Program-made: the position numbers and the translations under genes
Shown here: positions 56,135 through 64,000 of the stretch, piece by piece
Layout: each line of letters begins with the position of its first letter
Position numbering within the stretch: position 1 is the first letter of the stretch
Notes under the pieces: model-generated
Database searches by the model: none
Told to the model about the DNA's origin: nothing
The model's input: the letters and a program-made list of their open reading frames with translations, nothing else
IMG/VR virus record: IMGVR_UViG_3300043388_000012
Span: 18,210-82,209 of that record
Reading direction: 5' to 3' (one strand)
DNA: 64,000 nt
Source: a virus
Taxonomy: Duplodnaviria > Caudoviricetes

Positions 56135-56815
56135 GTGCTGAAGATGTCTTTGACGGGCGATTGGGGGGCTGTAAAGAGCATCCTAAGCAAGTCGGCGCAG
56201 CTGAAGCATGCGATCAATGATGCCGTGATGCAGGAGGCCAATCAGGCTCGCCGTGACATCATCAAGGGCATTACCGAGCAGGCTCCAGCCGGCAAGCAGT
56301 TCGACCCGCTCTCGCCAATGACGCTCGCACTCCGGAAGGCGAAGGGCTTTCGCGGCCAGAAAATCCTGATGGTGACTGCGGGACTGCGGAATTCGATCAC
56401 TGTGAAGAAGACAGGGCCCGGAGTTGTGTTCGTCGGCGTGCTCCGATCGGCGAAAGGCAAAGACGGCAAGCAGCTATACAACGTTGCCAAAGTTCACGAG
56501 ATGGGCGCGGTGATTGTGATTCGAGTCACGCCGCGCATGCGCATGTGGCTGATGATTCAGCTTCGAAAAGTCGGCTACGGTACTCGCGTGAAGGGCGACC
56601 AGAAACGCGGCTCAGGCGGTCGCTTCAAGAAGAAGCAGTTCATTGCATCCGGAACCGGTCAGCTCTCGAAGGGAGTGATCGTCATCAAGATTCCTGCTCG
56701 ACCGTTCATCGCTCCAGTGATCGAGAAGATTCTGTCAGACCCTGCAGGACTTCAACGACGTATGGGTCATCGAGTCGCTAAGAGCATGAACATGGCTCTC
56801 GGTAAGCCGACCTAG
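56135..56815 (+). CDS. Neck/virion morphogenesis protein
   Basis: PLSPMT...GLRNSI...VAKVHEMG...IPARPFIAP. Confidence 0.75.
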   Translation: MLKMSLTGDWGAVKSILSKSAQLKHAINDAVMQEANQARRDIIKGITEQAPAGKQFDPLSPMTLALRKAKGFRGQKILMVTAGLRNSITVKKTGPGVVFVGVLRSAKGKDGKQLYNVAKVHEMGAVIVIRVTPRMRMWLMIQLRKVGYGTRVKGDQKRGSGGRFKKKQFIASGTGQLSKGVIVIKIPARPFIAPVIEKILSDPAGLQRRMGHRVAKSMNMALGKPT

Positions 56816-56828
56816 TAGCGTTCTATGT

Positions 56829-57809
56829 GTGGCAGTCCCGACTATCACGAGCATCGCTCCAGCGATTGGGCATACGCGCGGACGTGGTCTAGTTGAGATC
56901 ATCGGCACGGGCTTTCAGACGTGGGTTATTCCCGCACCGACAGGAGCTCCGACCGCTCCGGCTTGGCCGACTGTCAAAGTGTTGTTCGGCGGAGCTCCAG
57001 GCACTGAAGTTGCTGTTGTGTCGAGCTCACGACTGTTTGTGCGCGCTCCGCCGTCTCCGCTCGGAGGTGTGAAGCCGGACTTCGGCGAAGGTGAGGTTGA
57101 TCTCGTGCTTAGCAACGTCGACGAAGACGGCGACTTGATCGGAAGCGAGACAGTCACAGCCGTCGCAGCGTACGAGTATCGGCGGCAGCAGCTGTCGGCG
57201 GAGTCTGACTTAGCGCGCTTGGTTCGAACGCTTCTGCAGGAGATGAAGCGGCAGATCATCCCGAACGTTTCGAACACGACCCATTCGGACTTCGACCTCG
57301 AATCCGCTGACCTGCTCGATATCGTCGACGTTGCGGAGCTTCCTGCAGTCGTGATCTTCGGGCCTAGCATTCAAGAGAATCGGTTCTTCAGTCTGAACGG
57401 GCCCGTAACGAGACAGCTGTCAAACGGAGAGTATGAGAGCCGTCCCGCATCTGACACTGACGATCTCATGTTCACGTTCGTTGCTGTTAGCGATCTGAAG
57501 TTGGAGGCGCTGAACCTACAGTCATCTGTCAGATCGTTCTTCGCTAACAACAAGTGGCTTACCATGGCGAGGGACCCGAACAACCTCCCTTTGGGAGAGG
57601 TCAAGTACGATATGCAACTAGACGCGGCAGGGATTGGCTTCGTGCCGTCGGGGGACGGGAAATCGAACCTCCGATCTTTTTCCGGTAGTTTCGTCGTGCG
57701 TGGGTTCGACCACGAAGATCTGACCGGGTTTCCCGGAAGCAACGTCGTCGCTCGTACCCACGAAGTCACCGAAGAACCGTCGATCAACACAAGCCAGAAG
57801 GACGGCTGA
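56829..57809 (+). CDS. IPT/TIG-domain plus tail-terminator-like protein
   Basis: PTITSIAP..G.T.G..VEIIGTGF; precedes sheath. Confidence 0.6.
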   Translation: MAVPTITSIAPAIGHTRGRGLVEIIGTGFQTWVIPAPTGAPTAPAWPTVKVLFGGAPGTEVAVVSSSRLFVRAPPSPLGGVKPDFGEGEVDLVLSNVDEDGDLIGSETVTAVAAYEYRRQQLSAESDLARLVRTLLQEMKRQIIPNVSNTTHSDFDLESADLLDIVDVAELPAVVIFGPSIQENRFFSLNGPVTRQLSNGEYESRPASDTDDLMFTFVAVSDLKLEALNLQSSVRSFFANNKWLTMARDPNNLPLGEVKYDMQLDAAGIGFVPSGDGKSNLRSFSGSFVVRGFDHEDLTGFPGSNVVARTHEVTEEPSINTSQKDG

Positions 57810-58138
57810 TGTCAGCGACCCTCAAGAACAAAGACCGTCAACCGTTGGTCCTGATGCTCGACCATCCTGCCTTTGCAACGAAGGCTTACGGCTGGAAACG
57901 AACAACCGCGAAGTTCGGGCTAGCTCTCGCCGATGGCGGTCGCTCCGTGAGAGAGGTGCGGCGTTCATACGCAGGCACTCTCACGTTGATGCCGGGCGAG
58001 TCAGTCTCTGGCTTGCACGAGGCGATCGAGCACTGCTCGCAGGTTCCCTTGCTCATCAAGCGTAGGTTGCTCGAGCTGACGATTCAGGCAGGCGAGCCAG
58101 AAGCCGATGCAGATACGGATGAGGAGGATGCTTCATGA
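57809..58138 (+). CDS. Hypothetical tail-region protein
   Basis: Coupled on both sides. Confidence 0.55.
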   Translation: MSATLKNKDRQPLVLMLDHPAFATKAYGWKRTTAKFGLALADGGRSVREVRRSYAGTLTLMPGESVSGLHEAIEHCSQVPLLIKRRLLELTIQAGEPEADADTDEEDAS

Positions 58139-60393
58139 ATGCGCAGCTTCTTAGCTCGAAGGTCATCGTTCAGGAGGAAACTCCATCCTTACGAACGATA
58201 CAGAACGTCTCGACAGGAGTGCTCGCAGCGCTCGGCATCACGGCAAAGGGCCCGGTAGGTGTCTCGACTCTCGTCACTTCGTTTGAAGACTTCGTGAGGA
58301 TCTTCGGCGGTGACATCGCATCCGGCATCGCTGTGTCAGCAATTCGCGGCTTCTTCGCAGGCGGCGGCCAGCGCTGTTACTTCACACGCGTTGTGCACTA
58401 CACGTCGATCACGAACGCCAACTCGAAGACGAGCGCAGCAGGCACGCTGAACCTTCTTACGGCGGCTGCAGCTGCATCCGCGGCAGTTCTTACCGGGAGC
58501 ATCGTCGGGCCCTACGCGCTCGTTCCAGGAGACACGCTCATTGTTGGTCGCGATGCACTCGGTACAGCGACTGCGACGCTTGCAGCAACGCGAGCCGCTG
58601 CTACCGCGGCGAACTCGGCTCCCTACGTGCTCACGAACGGCATGACCCTGCTCGTGAAGGTTGACGGCGGCGCAGTGCAGACCGTCACGTTCAGCACAGG
58701 AGCATTCGTCTCGATCGGCGCTGCGACTGCAGCCGAAGTGAACGCGGTGATCAACGCTACGCTGCACGGTGCATATGCAGATTCGAACAGCGGCGCGCCT
58801 CGGATCAACAGCGACACGCGCGGCACGGCGAGTCATATCGAGGTGACTGGCGGCACGTCGAACTCTGCGCTCGGGTTTCCAACGAGCGTGCAGAACGGAA
58901 CCGGCAACGTCGCAGACATCAGCGAAGTCACGGTCGCGGAGATCAAGACGATCGTCGAAGCCGCGGTCTCAGGCGTGACTGTCTCGAACGTTGGCGGTGC
59001 GGTTCGCATTACGTCGAACACAACCGGCGGATCGAGCATGGTGCAGGTGACTGCTCCATCGACTGCCGATGATGAGCTCGGATTCGACAACGCAGCGCAT
59101 ACAGGGAGCGCAGGAACAGCAGTCAACACGCTCACGGTCGATGCGAAATACGACGGGGTTTACTCGTCGGACGTGTCGATCCTGATCTCGGCTGCGACGT
59201 CTGGTGTCGCTTCTGAGTTCAACCTGACCGTGCTCTCGTCTGGTGTCGTCGTTGAGCGGTTCCCGAATCTCACGATGGACGATGCAGCTGCACGGTTCGT
59301 CGAGACGATCATCAACGCGGAAGACGGCGGCTCTCAATACATCCAAGTCACTGACCTCGATGTGAACCCGACCGATGCGCTCTTAGAGCGACCGGCATCG
59401 AGCATGGGAAGCCCGGTCGTGCCGTTCGGTCCGTTAGCTGGCGGAGGCGATGGGCTCGCGAGCATCGCGGATATCGACTTCGTTGGCGACGCGTCGAGTC
59501 ATCTCGGATTCAACTCGTTCGACTTGAACGCTGACGTTGACGTGTTGATCTGCCCAGACAGAGCGACAGCGGCGACGGCAAATGCAGGCCTGTCGTATGC
59601 ATCCGTGACCCGCAACAGCGAAGTTTTCTTCATCGTCGATCCTCCGGCTGGTCTCTCTCCGACCGGCATCATCGACTATGCGGAGACGAGCGCGGCGATC
59701 ATTCAGTTGACCGAAGACGGCGCGATCTACTGGCCGCGCGTCAAGGTGCTGAACCCGAGCGCGGCGATCTACGGGAGCGCTGAAACGATCGTCGTGCCTC
59801 CTAGCGGCCATATCGCGGGCATGTTCGCTCGCACCGATGGCTCACGAGTGGGCGGAGTCTACGAGCCTCCGGCTGGCGTCGAGAAGGGCCAGCTCCCCGG
59901 TGTGGTCGGCTTCGAGAACGATCAAGTACTCGACGAAAACGTGCGCGACTTGATCGCTCCCAAGTTGATCAACCCGATCACGAAGCTCCGCGGGCAACCG
60001 ATCGCGGTAGATGACGTGATGACGCTGCATGCAGGCGGCAACTTCCCGACTGTCGCAGAGCGGCGCGGCGTGTCGTTTATCGAGCGGTCTGTCAAAGACG
60101 GCATTCAGTTCGCTCGCATGCGTAACAACGACGAATCGCTCCGTGATGAAGTCGATCGCACGATCAACGCCTTTCTGCTTACTCAGATGAGAGTCGGTGC
60201 CTTCCGATCGAGGGATCCTGAGAAGGCCTTCTTCGTCGACGTCGGAGACGCGATCAACCCGGCTACCGAGCAGTTCGCAGGCAAGCTCAACGTGCGAACA
60301 GGGCTAGCAACGCAGAAGCCTGCTCGGTTCATCATCCTGAACTTCGCTCAGGACACGCGGGCGATCGACGAAGAGTTAGCGGCCGCAGGCTGA
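58135..60393 (+). CDS. Tail sheath protein
   Basis: V.VQEE...KGP...VTSFEDF.RIFGG; YWPRV, VPPSGHIAG, RNND..L...V.R.I..FL. Confidence 0.95.
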   Translation: MNAQLLSSKVIVQEETPSLRTIQNVSTGVLAALGITAKGPVGVSTLVTSFEDFVRIFGGDIASGIAVSAIRGFFAGGGQRCYFTRVVHYTSITNANSKTSAAGTLNLLTAAAAASAAVLTGSIVGPYALVPGDTLIVGRDALGTATATLAATRAAATAANSAPYVLTNGMTLLVKVDGGAVQTVTFSTGAFVSIGAATAAEVNAVINATLHGAYADSNSGAPRINSDTRGTASHIEVTGGTSNSALGFPTSVQNGTGNVADISEVTVAEIKTIVEAAVSGVTVSNVGGAVRITSNTTGGSSMVQVTAPSTADDELGFDNAAHTGSAGTAVNTLTVDAKYDGVYSSDVSILISAATSGVASEFNLTVLSSGVVVERFPNLTMDDAAARFVETIINAEDGGSQYIQVTDLDVNPTDALLERPASSMGSPVVPFGPLAGGGDGLASIADIDFVGDASSHLGFNSFDLNADVDVLICPDRATAATANAGLSYASVTRNSEVFFIVDPPAGLSPTGIIDYAETSAAIIQLTEDGAIYWPRVKVLNPSAAIYGSAETIVVPPSGHIAGMFARTDGSRVGGVYEPPAGVEKGQLPGVVGFENDQVLDENVRDLIAPKLINPITKLRGQPIAVDDVMTLHAGGNFPTVAERRGVSFIERSVKDGIQFARMRNNDESLRDEVDRTINAFLLTQMRVGAFRSRDPEKAFFVDVGDAINPATEQFAGKLNVRTGLATQKPARFIILNFAQDTRAIDEELAAAG

Positions 60394-60406
60394 TTAGGAG
60401 AGCTCA

Positions 60407-60877
60407 ATGGGTATCCTCGGACAACCACGTCACTACCATTCCAAGTTCCGATTCCTCATCGAGATCGATCAAGTCGGGAGCGCGGCGTTTCAGTCCTGCT
60501 CGGAGCTCAAGGTCGAAGTCGCGAAGACGGAATACTACGAAGGCGGCACAATGATCCCGATCAAGGAGCCAGCTCGTATGAGCGTGGCTGACTTGACGAT
60601 CGAACGCGCTGCGACGAAAGACGCTGACCTCTACAATTGGTTTCAGCTGACTGCGAACGCAGCTCTCAACGGAGGCCTGCGGAGCCCACAGTTCAAGCGC
60701 ACAGCTTCGATCGTGCAGTTCGATCGAGACAACCGAGCGCTTCGCCGTTGGCTCCTGTCAGGTCTCTGGCCGATGTCTTTCACAGCCGGCGCATGGGACA
60801 ACAACAGCGACGACTTCACGATCGAACAGGTCGTGCTCTGCTACGACTACTTTCAGCTCCGCCGTAACGTCGGCTGA
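60407..60877 (+). CDS. Tail tube protein (T4 gp19-like)
   Basis: FLIEID...FQSCSEL...YYEGG...LYNW...SIVQFD...RWLL..LWP. Confidence 0.9.
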   Translation: MGILGQPRHYHSKFRFLIEIDQVGSAAFQSCSELKVEVAKTEYYEGGTMIPIKEPARMSVADLTIERAATKDADLYNWFQLTANAALNGGLRSPQFKRTASIVQFDRDNRALRRWLLSGLWPMSFTAGAWDNNSDDFTIEQVVLCYDYFQLRRNVG

Positions 60878-60904
60878 ACTCAGGCAGCTAGCGCGCGGCA
60901 TCGG

Positions 60905-60940
60905 GAGGGCCAGTGGAGCAAGCCACTGGCCCTCATTTTT
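60905..60940 (+). terminator. Rho-independent terminator
   Basis: GAGGGCCAGTGG-6 nt-CCACTGGCCCTC followed by ATTTTT. Confidence 0.85.
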
Positions 60941-61124
60941 GTGGAAGGTGCTCGGACTCGTAGCGAGCGCAGAGCAGGTGTAGCGCTACGAGTTGATCTC
61001 GCTCTTCGGTGCCTACCGCAGGTCGCGACTCGATCAAGCGGCGAAGCTCGGTCACAGCTGATTCGTAGTGATAGCGAGTATCGAGTGACGATAGTTGCCA
61101 CAGCTCCGGCTCTGATTGGGTCAT
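60933..61124 (-). CDS. HigA N-terminal-domain-like small protein without HTH
   Basis: T..HYESAVTELRRL...GTEERDQL..L..L..RYESEH.P. Confidence 0.6.
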   Translation of the reverse strand: MTQSEPELWQLSSLDTRYHYESAVTELRRLIESRPAVGTEERDQLVALHLLCARYESEHLPQK

Positions 61125-61241
61125 ATGCAGATGCTCTCGCAAACGTCGTCGTCTCGCTGTTGTTCGTCTGGCTAATCGCATGGGCAAAATCCTCACCAGC
61201 TCTGTACGTACGCACGAGCCGGTGAGGATGAAGGGGAAGTC

Positions 61242-61442
61242 TCATCCGTCTAGCTTCAGGTCGAGACCTTTGGTCGTGACTCGCCATTCTGTGCCGATAC
61301 CGCGACTGCCCGGATTGCGTTCGAGCAAGCCAAGCTTCTCGAGGGCGACGAGAGACTGAAGCGGCATGCACGTGAAGGGCTTGTCGTAGCCTCGCAGGCG
61401 AGCATGCCTGAGCCAATCGTGCTGCGCGGTCGTGAGTTTCAC
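61242..61442 (-). CDS. Small winged-helix-like protein
   Basis: LT.AQ..WL...SLVALEKLGLLE...WRVT.KG. Confidence 0.55.
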   Translation of the reverse strand: MKLTTAQHDWLRHARLRGYDKPFTCMPLQSLVALEKLGLLERNPGSRGIGTEWRVTTKGLDLKLDG

Positions 61443-61801
61443 TTGCCGTTCTCCCTGCAGTAGTTCGCGCCGATGACCATGAACTCAGCGATGTCTCTTC
61501 CTGACCATTCTGCGATGTCCAAGCGCAATGCCGAGATATCGAGAGGGTTGTCTGCTAGTGCGCTACGAGCCAGCCGGATCTCTGCTATCAAGTACTTCTT
61601 CGGTTGACCTGCCTCCGGTTCGTCGAACGCTCCAGGATCTGCGGCGCAAGCAGTTTTCCACTTGATCGTGAATACGCCAGCATCGCCCATGGCGCTGACC
61701 GCGTTGGGATCGAAGCTGATCTCATGCACGCGCGCTTCTAGCGGGACTTGTATCGGCGTGCCAATGAGAGCTGTCTCTAGCAGTTGTTGAAAAGGGTCCA
61801 T
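61439..61801 (-). CDS. Hypothetical moron protein
   Basis: 120-aa ORF; ATGA overlap with the next reverse gene. Confidence 0.6.
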   Translation of the reverse strand: MDPFQQLLETALIGTPIQVPLEARVHEISFDPNAVSAMGDAGVFTIKWKTACAADPGAFDEPEAGQPKKYLIAEIRLARSALADNPLDISALRLDIAEWSGRDIAEFMVIGANYCRENGK

Positions 61802-61912
61802 GCAGACCTAATGCCATCGAGTCCGAGCACGGGACAAGCGAAGTTGCGCACGATGCAGCTTTCGTCGGAGCCTTTGCTTTGCGTCTAGCTGGACGCGTAA
61901 GGACGGTAAGCC

Positions 61913-62704
61913 ATGTCACGAGAGATGGAGTTCCCATGCCCGAGCGGGCTACGTGTGAAGTTGCGCGGCGTGAAGGGCAAAGACTTGGACGGGATGCGCG
62001 ACCGTAAGCGCGTAGCAAGCGGCGAAGCCGTGAGCAAGCTGCTCGATGACTGCACGCTCGAAGTGTTCGAGCGCTCGATCTATACGCGGCTACCGAACTT
62101 CGCATGGGCCGACGTTTTGGTCGGAGATCGTACGAGCGCGATCATCAACCTTCGCCAGATTACGGCGGGGAGCACGTATGACTTCCGTGTTCGTTGTGCC
62201 GATCGTGACTGCCGACAGATGATCGATTGGACGATCGAGCTCTCCGACCTGCCGATCAAGGAGCTCCCAAAGGAGAGTGCCGAACGCTTCCTAGCCGGCA
62301 ACGTGTTCGATGCGACGCTGAACGGCACGTCGATCAAGTTCGCACTCCCGACAGGCCGGTCTCAGACGAAGCTCGTGAAGTACGCAGCGCAGCTCGATGC
62401 TAACGCGCGGCAGAAGGCCGATCGCACTGGCGAGCGTGAAGGCGGCGCTGCTTCGGTCGAAGGTCGAACGCTGCTCGGGCTCGCAGGTAAAATCGTCTCT
62501 GTGGAGGGAGTGCCGAACGTGCTCGCTTGGCTAGGCGAGCAAGATCTCGATGACATCTCCCAACTGCGGAGAGCGATGGATGTGGTCGACTGCGGAGTCG
62601 AGACCGGGATCGAGATCGAGTGCTCCGGATTGGAGGGCTGCGGGTTACGTCAGGAGATAGAGCTCCCTTTGGACAGCAAATTCTTCTTGAGGACCCCACT
62701 CTAG
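61913..62704 (+). CDS. Tail assembly chaperone (G-like)
   Basis: Lies between tube and tape measure; LPSG-like start; slippery site near the 3' end. Confidence 0.75.
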   Translation: MSREMEFPCPSGLRVKLRGVKGKDLDGMRDRKRVASGEAVSKLLDDCTLEVFERSIYTRLPNFAWADVLVGDRTSAIINLRQITAGSTYDFRVRCADRDCRQMIDWTIELSDLPIKELPKESAERFLAGNVFDATLNGTSIKFALPTGRSQTKLVKYAAQLDANARQKADRTGEREGGAASVEGRTLLGLAGKIVSVEGVPNVLAWLGEQDLDDISQLRRAMDVVDCGVETGIEIECSGLEGCGLRQEIELPLDSKFFLRTPL

Positions 62705-62940
62705 AAGACTTTCAAAACCCGTTCGAAGCCTATCTGTTCACGAACGAAGACGGGGATGACGGATGGCCAGATCTCCGGTTCGAGCTGGCTTGGCTGGAGC
62801 ACGGCGGAAGCGGGCTAAACATGTCTTGGCTCGATGCTCCGGAGATTGATCACGCTGACATTGTGCCCACGATCGTACGGATTCGAGAGCAACGCAGACG
62901 CGAAGCGCAGGCTCTGAATAGAGCCAGAGGCAAGCGGTAG
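62665..62940 (+). CDS. -1 frameshift extension (GT-like) of the chaperone
   Basis: In-frame heptamer C-CCT-TTG at 62665-62671; the -1 frame is open to 62940. Confidence 0.7.
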   Translation, partial: PFGQQILLEDPTLEDFQNPFEAYLFTNEDGDDGWPDLRFELAWLEHGGSGLNMSWLDAPEIDHADIVPTIVRIREQRRREAQALNRARGKR

Positions 62941-62970
62941 ACGTACCCTCAAACCGAGGCGGCTCAAGAA

Positions 62971-62988
62971 TGTATCCTCAAGGTTACA
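62971..62988. repeat. Motif B copy 7
   Basis: TGTATCCTCAAGGTTACA just before the GGAGG RBS of the tape measure gene. Confidence 0.9.
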
Positions 62989-63001
62989 CCTCGGAGGCAG
63001 C

Positions 63002-64000
63002 ATGGCTCTGAACGGCATGGGTCTCGGGTTTCTGTTCACGGCTACCGATATGGCTAGCGGCGTGATGCAGAACATCAATAAGAACTTCCAAGGGCTTGAG
63101 GAAGCTGCAGGGAAGACGATCGATGGTCTCGACGGGATGGTGGGCAAGCTCGGCACTAGCCTAGCTGGCATAGCTATCAGCGTTGGCGGTCTATCAGCCG
63201 CGTTTGGGCTAGCCGGCAAGGCAGGTAAGTTCGAGATGGCCCTAGCCGAAGTCGGAGCGGTCACGCACGCGACCTCGGCGGAGTTGAAGCTTCTCGAAGC
63301 CGCTGCGATGAAGGCAGGCAAAGAGACTCAGTTCTCTCCAACTGCAGCCGTTCAGGGGCTCAACGAGCTCTCGCAGGCAGGCTTCGACGTCAAGGAATCG
63401 ATCGCGCTTCTAGAGCCATCCTTGAACCTCGCAGCTGCATCGCTAGGCGAGCTCTCTCCGCAGGAAGCAGCCGGCTTGGCTGCGCAGGGAATGAAGGCGT
63501 TCGGTATCGAGACCAAAGATGCAGGTCTGATGGTCGATCAACTGATGCAGTCTGCAGTTGCGTTCGCAGTGAAGCCGAAGGATCTCGCACTCGGGCTCGG
63601 CACGATGGCATCGGGCGCGCAGACTCTGAACCAGAGCTTGACAGACACAGTCATCGCGTTCGGTTTGATCAAGAACGTAGTACCTGGTACGGAGCGCGCC
63701 GCGACTGCCGCGAAGGTCATGATGGAACGGCTAGCCAGGCCGGACGTCGGGAAGGCTCTTCGAGCGCAAGGCGTCGCGGTAGCCGATAGCAACGGCAACT
63801 TCCGCCGCATGTTCGACATCCTGACCGACCTGCAACCAACTCTCGCGAAGATGAGTGAAACGGAGGGCAAAGCGTTCTTGATGAAGATCTTTGGCACAGA
63901 AGGTCTCGCAGGTGTGAACGCGATTTTTGCTCAGATGCAGAGCGGTATAAAAGGTCTGGATGGTCAGATACGAACGGGAGCTGATGCGCTGAAACACTTC
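63002..64000 (+). CDS. Tape measure protein, TP901-like (5' part, truncated by the window)
   Basis: ATG 63002, translated by hand: LGFLFTATD.AS...FEMALAEVGAV...ETQFSP..A..GL.EL.QAG. Confidence 0.9.
   Translation, partial: MALNGMGLGFLFTATDMASGVMQNINKNFQGLEEAAGKTIDGLDGMVGKLGTSLAGIAISVGGLSAAFGLAGKAGKFEMALAEVGAVTHATSAELKLLEAAAMKAGKETQFSPTAAVQGLNELSQAGFDVKESIALLEPSLNLAAASLGELSPQEAAGLAAQGMKAFGIETKDAGLMVDQLMQSAVAFAVKPKDLALGLGTMASGAQTLNQSLTDTVIAFGLIKNVVPGTERAATAAKVMMERLARPDVGKALRAQGVAVADSNGNFRRMFDILTDLQPTLAKMSETEGKAFLMKIFGTEGLAGVNAIFAQMQSGIKGLDGQIRTGADALKHF

Larger units (their letters stand above)
1..64000. mobile_element. Temperate contractile-tailed phage genome segment (continues past both window edges)
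   Basis: Terminase, portal, protease, capsid, sheath, tube, tape measure, integrase and attP are all present; no recognisable host housekeeping gene. Confidence 0.97.

Noticed and set aside
56135-64000. Tailocin or extracellular contractile injection system
   Set aside because: Capsid, portal, protease and terminase are present, so this is a complete phage.
1-64000. Alternative genetic code
   Set aside because: Known proteins are full length and genes tile using all three standard stop codons; the two breaks found are frameshifts, not in-frame stops.
1-64000. Firm host assignment (e.g. Myxococcota)
   Set aside because: GC richness and the lipoprotein style are only suggestive; a BLAST of the attP tRNA fragment is needed.

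Overview
The whole window looks like one GC-rich temperate myovirus-type (contractile-tail) phage genome, or an excised/unrearranged prophage. Order: small hypothetical operons and a serine recombinase (0-9.5 kb); TerS-like gene and TerL with a class 3 LAGLIDADG intein in the Walker A motif (9.7-13.5 kb); accessory genes including a frameshifted adenine methylase and a cupin (13.5-20 kb); xis, tyrosine integrase and an intact attP carrying the 3' half of tRNA-Leu(CAA) (19.7-21.65 kb); regulators (21.7-32.3 kb); a divergent array of 16 short expression cassettes (32.6-39.3 kb); then ParB-like, portal, MuF-kinase fusion, protease, capsid, fibre and neck genes, sheath, tube, a frameshifting chaperone and the start of the tape measure gene. 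Most notable: (1) 16 cassettes, each with a sigma70-like promoter that has the same 18-bp palindrome (TGTCCCG-CATC-CGGGACA) in its -35/-10 spacer, 13 of them apparently leaderless, plus 5 more copies elsewhere; (2) a second 18-bp quasi-palindrome (TGTAWCCTCRAGGWTACA) at 7 dispersed sites; (3) a MuF head protein fused to a PI3/4-kinase-like domain and followed by a small candidate immunity gene. Family names come from motif recognition by eye; no database search was run. The host is not established.
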